A DNA stretch of 64,000 nt from Candidatus Poribacteria bacterium (GTDB lineage: Bacteria; Poribacteria; WGA-4E; WGA-3G). The notes below the pieces were generated by a model. That model was not told where the DNA came from. It searched no databases and was given only the letters and a program-made list of their open reading frames with translations. The translations under genes and the position numbers were made by a program. Location of the stretch: NCBI GenBank assembly GCA_963663765.2, contig CAXXUA010000005.1, forward strand, positions 480,001-544,000, read 5' to 3'. This document shows, in pieces, positions 60,960 through 64,000 of this stretch (position 1 is the stretch's first letter; each line of letters begins with the position of its first letter).

Positions 60960-62708
60960 TTAATTTGGATACAACCATATTTTGAGTGCCTTCTGTGCGA
61001 GTTCTTCCGCTCTCTTTTTAATAGCATTTTCGTTCCATTGCTTTGCATGGACGAGGCTTTTATTTAGGTGTAACGGACTCTCGCAAAATCCACCGTTTAT
61101 ACATTGTTTTTTGTTGAAAGGTAGATCGCTTAACGCCGGATTATCCCTTTTTCCGATAAGAGTAAGGTTGCCAATTGTATGAAGGTATTTTTCCTGAATC
61201 TCTTGCCAGTTTTCACCTAATTCCTGTTGCCATTCCTCGGGTAGATCAGAATTTTGCGGCATCACATGCTCAATCGTGCAGTTTGCAACGCTTATTGGTT
61301 CTCTGCGTTCTGAATTCTCAAGTTTACGCAGCAGATAATTACACCTGTTAAAATTATAAACATCTTTTAAGAGTAATGCTTGCTTAAATTCTCTGTCTGA
61401 AGGATAACGCCTTGTAGATATAAGTTGCAAGAATGCAGCCTTCACACTTTCAAGATATTTGTCTTTGTCTACTTTTGTCATCAGAGTCGCAAAAGTTGTG
61501 TTCAAGGTATTTGTCGGAATTCCGCATATAGAACGTCGAAAAACGTAACTTTCTACTAAGCAAAGGATTTTGATAAACTCTGGTTTTTGGATATGTTTCC
61601 GCGTATAGTCTTCATAGACTTCAATCAATAGTGGAAAGGCAACTGTAACATCAAGCGAATTGATATTCTCAAAGCAATCTTGAAGGCCAATGTCATCTTC
61701 CTGATCTAGTGCAATGCATACGTAGTGCCTTGAAAAACGGGAAATGTCCTTGATAATCGGTTCTATAGTTTCTAACGCTTCTGAATTTTTTCTTTCTTGA
61801 ATATAAACTTTGAAACGTTCGTAAACGCTATTAATCTTCGGAATCTGCCGCGTTTCTAACGTGAGATAATCCCTAATGAACGAGTCGAACCAGCCAGTGT
61901 ATTGATCTCCAAAACGCTGCTCCATAGGAAGCCAATATATTTCATATAGCTTGTTTTGGAAATCACGTTCTTGTCCCATAAGCACATAGTTGCGAATGAG
62001 ATCTGCTTGTGAAAGTTCAAGTCCTGTAGAATTGAGACTCTCAAAAATCAGTTGAGGATTATCGTCAGGGCGATCCAAAACGATATCTACTATTCTTAAT
62101 CTTTGAATTCCAATATACACTGCCTTAAGGTCTGCACTTTTAAGTTTTGCTTCAAAAAAACGATAGTTTTCCACTAACTGCGGAGCATTATTGGCGGGGA
62201 GTTCTCTATCTTCCAACAACTGAATCAATTTACCTTTATTATGATGGTTAGTAATTTGGAACCAGTTTACATCAATTCCATCCAACAGATGAATTAGGGA
62301 ATCCTTATCGTGCTGAGTGAGCAACTGCTTGTATCGCAACTCATCTGTTCTACGGACATTAAGGTAGTAGTCCGAAAGTTCTTCAGGTGTTATACCTATA
62401 TCAACATTCTGTCCTTCAACTGCTCTACTGAGTGCCGCAAGCAAAAGGGTTAAAGATGTTAACCTCTGTTGACCGTCAATAACATGCAGTTCGCGTACTC
62501 TTGAAGCGTTATTAACTTTTGGGTCAATGTAGACGATTGAACCGAGAAAATGGGATATGTTATTACTATTTTGTCCCAGACGTAGTACATCATCCCACAG
62601 TTTTTCGCAGTGGTGTTTTTTCCAACTGTACCTACGTTGGAAGATTGGTACAGAAAATTGCTTATTGCCATCTAATAATTGTAGAAAATCTGTATCATGT
62701 GCTTCCAT
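60960..62708 (-). CDS. GmrSD-type (DUF262 + DUF1524 HNH) type IV restriction endonuclease
   Basis: P.FQR.YSW, IDGQQRLT, IFESLNSTG, TIEHVMPQ, IGNLTL; start at ATG after GGAGG. Confidence 0.9.
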   Translation of the reverse strand: MEAHDTDFLQLLDGNKQFSVPIFQRRYSWKKHHCEKLWDDVLRLGQNSNNISHFLGSIVYIDPKVNNASRVRELHVIDGQQRLTSLTLLLAALSRAVEGQNVDIGITPEELSDYYLNVRRTDELRYKQLLTQHDKDSLIHLLDGIDVNWFQITNHHNKGKLIQLLEDRELPANNAPQLVENYRFFEAKLKSADLKAVYIGIQRLRIVDIVLDRPDDNPQLIFESLNSTGLELSQADLIRNYVLMGQERDFQNKLYEIYWLPMEQRFGDQYTGWFDSFIRDYLTLETRQIPKINSVYERFKVYIQERKNSEALETIEPIIKDISRFSRHYVCIALDQEDDIGLQDCFENINSLDVTVAFPLLIEVYEDYTRKHIQKPEFIKILCLVESYVFRRSICGIPTNTLNTTFATLMTKVDKDKYLESVKAAFLQLISTRRYPSDREFKQALLLKDVYNFNRCNYLLRKLENSERREPISVANCTIEHVMPQNSDLPEEWQQELGENWQEIQEKYLHTIGNLTLIGKRDNPALSDLPFNKKQCINGGFCESPLHLNKSLVHAKQWNENAIKKRAEELAQKALKIWLYPN

Positions 62709-62824
62709 AGATTGTATATTCCTCCATATCTGGTCAATATTAGATACACCATTTTCAGACAAGAGTTATGAATTCTAACTTCTCAGTAGAAATTGCAAAT
62801 TGATAAAAAAGCAGGTATACGCAT

Positions 62825-63862
62825 TTAATCTCGTCGGTTTTGGTACGTTTCTTTTAGGAAATCATCTAATTCCTCAAAGCTGTCAAAGATACGGTCGCAT
62901 AAGTTTTCAAAGAAGATGCTGCGGGTTTCGTTGTAGACAGCATATACCGGTTTGTTATGTCGTGTTGCGTAGTTCATTTCGCTGAGAACACCTGGCGATA
63001 ATTTGTCTGTGGGATATAGGACAACGACAAAATCGCTTTGGTGAACAAACTGATAGTCTCTTGAGATAGTGCGTGTTTTGATCTGCTCTATTACGTCGTC
63101 GTCTAATTCGCTCATCGTTTCTGGGACATTCAGCATTTCGTCATCTGCCTCTGCTTTTGAGAAGGTGACGAGTGCCATGTCCTTGATTGCGAGTGGGTCA
63201 AAGACGATAAATGAATGACGGAGTTTGTCTCCGAGTTTGCGTATTTTTTGTATCTCCTCTGGCGTGTCTCTTAACAGTGTAATCGGGTAACTCAGGTAAA
63301 ATTTGGGTTTGTCTGAAAAAAGGAGTTCATAGAAGTTTGTGAGTTCGTGTTGTCTTGCGACGGTGTAGTATGGTTTTTCGGTGAGATGTGCGAGGTGTCG
63401 TGTAAGGAATTCTTCTTCGTCTAACCAGACATTGAGTGCAGTTTTTTTAATACCCGACCATTGTGCGTTTTTCTCCATGCGTGTGTATATGTCTGCAATG
63501 TTGTCAACGACGTTGATAAACATATCTGGTGGGAGAATTTCTATGTCTTTGAATGTAAATCCTTCCAGTAGACTTCCTCGCCATCGAAAACATGCGTGTA
63601 GTCCAATGATTGCGTGGTGATATGCTTTTGCGTCTCTTGCAATTTCGTAGAATGCGGTTCGACGTGCTAATGATAGGACAGCTGGGTCTGAGTCGAGGAC
63701 TTTTTGTGTGAAGTGTACGCGTGCTTCTGCTGCGACTCGGTGCATGTAGTCACCTACGTTGAAGAATCCTATGTTGAGTTGTCTTTGTAAGCAGAGCGCT
63801 TCAAAGTCTTTTATGAGTTCTTTGCGTCCTGAGCAGCTGATACCTGTGCAAAATATATTCAT
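62825..63862 (-). CDS. Archaeal adenylate kinase-like P-loop domain fused to a nucleoside 2-deoxyribosyltransferase-like domain
   Basis: TGISCSGRK, NVGD.M, LHA; C-terminal FYLSYPIT, DP, RDY..V..SD, S.GV.SE. Confidence 0.65.
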   Translation of the reverse strand: MNIFCTGISCSGRKELIKDFEALCLQRQLNIGFFNVGDYMHRVAAEARVHFTQKVLDSDPAVLSLARRTAFYEIARDAKAYHHAIIGLHACFRWRGSLLEGFTFKDIEILPPDMFINVVDNIADIYTRMEKNAQWSGIKKTALNVWLDEEEFLTRHLAHLTEKPYYTVARQHELTNFYELLFSDKPKFYLSYPITLLRDTPEEIQKIRKLGDKLRHSFIVFDPLAIKDMALVTFSKAEADDEMLNVPETMSELDDDVIEQIKTRTISRDYQFVHQSDFVVVLYPTDKLSPGVLSEMNYATRHNKPVYAVYNETRSIFFENLCDRIFDSFEELDDFLKETYQNRRD

Positions 63863-64000
63863 TGTTTTGTAATTTGTTTATTGTGAATTTTCCTTTATTT
63901 CATCAGACACTATGCGTGAAAAAGTTACCAATTGGACACTTTTTTGTTTTTTGGAAAGGTTTTATCTTTGGCCATAAATCCTGTAGTAGTAAGGGTATAA

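Overview
64 kb of an AT-rich bacterial chromosome. The gene content points to a Candidatus Poribacteria-like lineage (inference only): paralogous sulfatases, PhyH dioxygenases, secreted WD40 arrays with an 'LPEGA.AR.G.G' N-terminus, and a C-terminal 'V...KLTTQWASVK' motif. Metabolic and housekeeping genes include glycosyltransferases, a CopA-type ATPase, an EF-G paralog, SppA, RimK, amidohydrolases and an SDR. Accessory content: (1) a four-gene operon of C5-methyltransferase, MORC/GHKL ATPase-histidine kinase fusion, receiver-like protein and an unknown protein, with no recognisable restriction nuclease; (2) a GmrSD-type nuclease and an XRE/ImmA-DUF4411 module, each lying between an intact gene and a displaced copy of that gene's 3' end, with no integrase; (3) a hierarchy of non-coding mobile DNA: several MITE families with terminal inverted repeats (TIRs) and target-site duplications (TSDs), GTAG-type REP palindromes inside them, a decayed IS630, and a ~35-bp hairpin+TTGATTT micro-element that inserts into REPs and into itself; (4) a decayed plasmid-like island; (5) a WD40 gene array with near-identical junctions and divergent cores. 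No rRNA, tRNA or CRISPR array was recognised. All alignments were done by eye.
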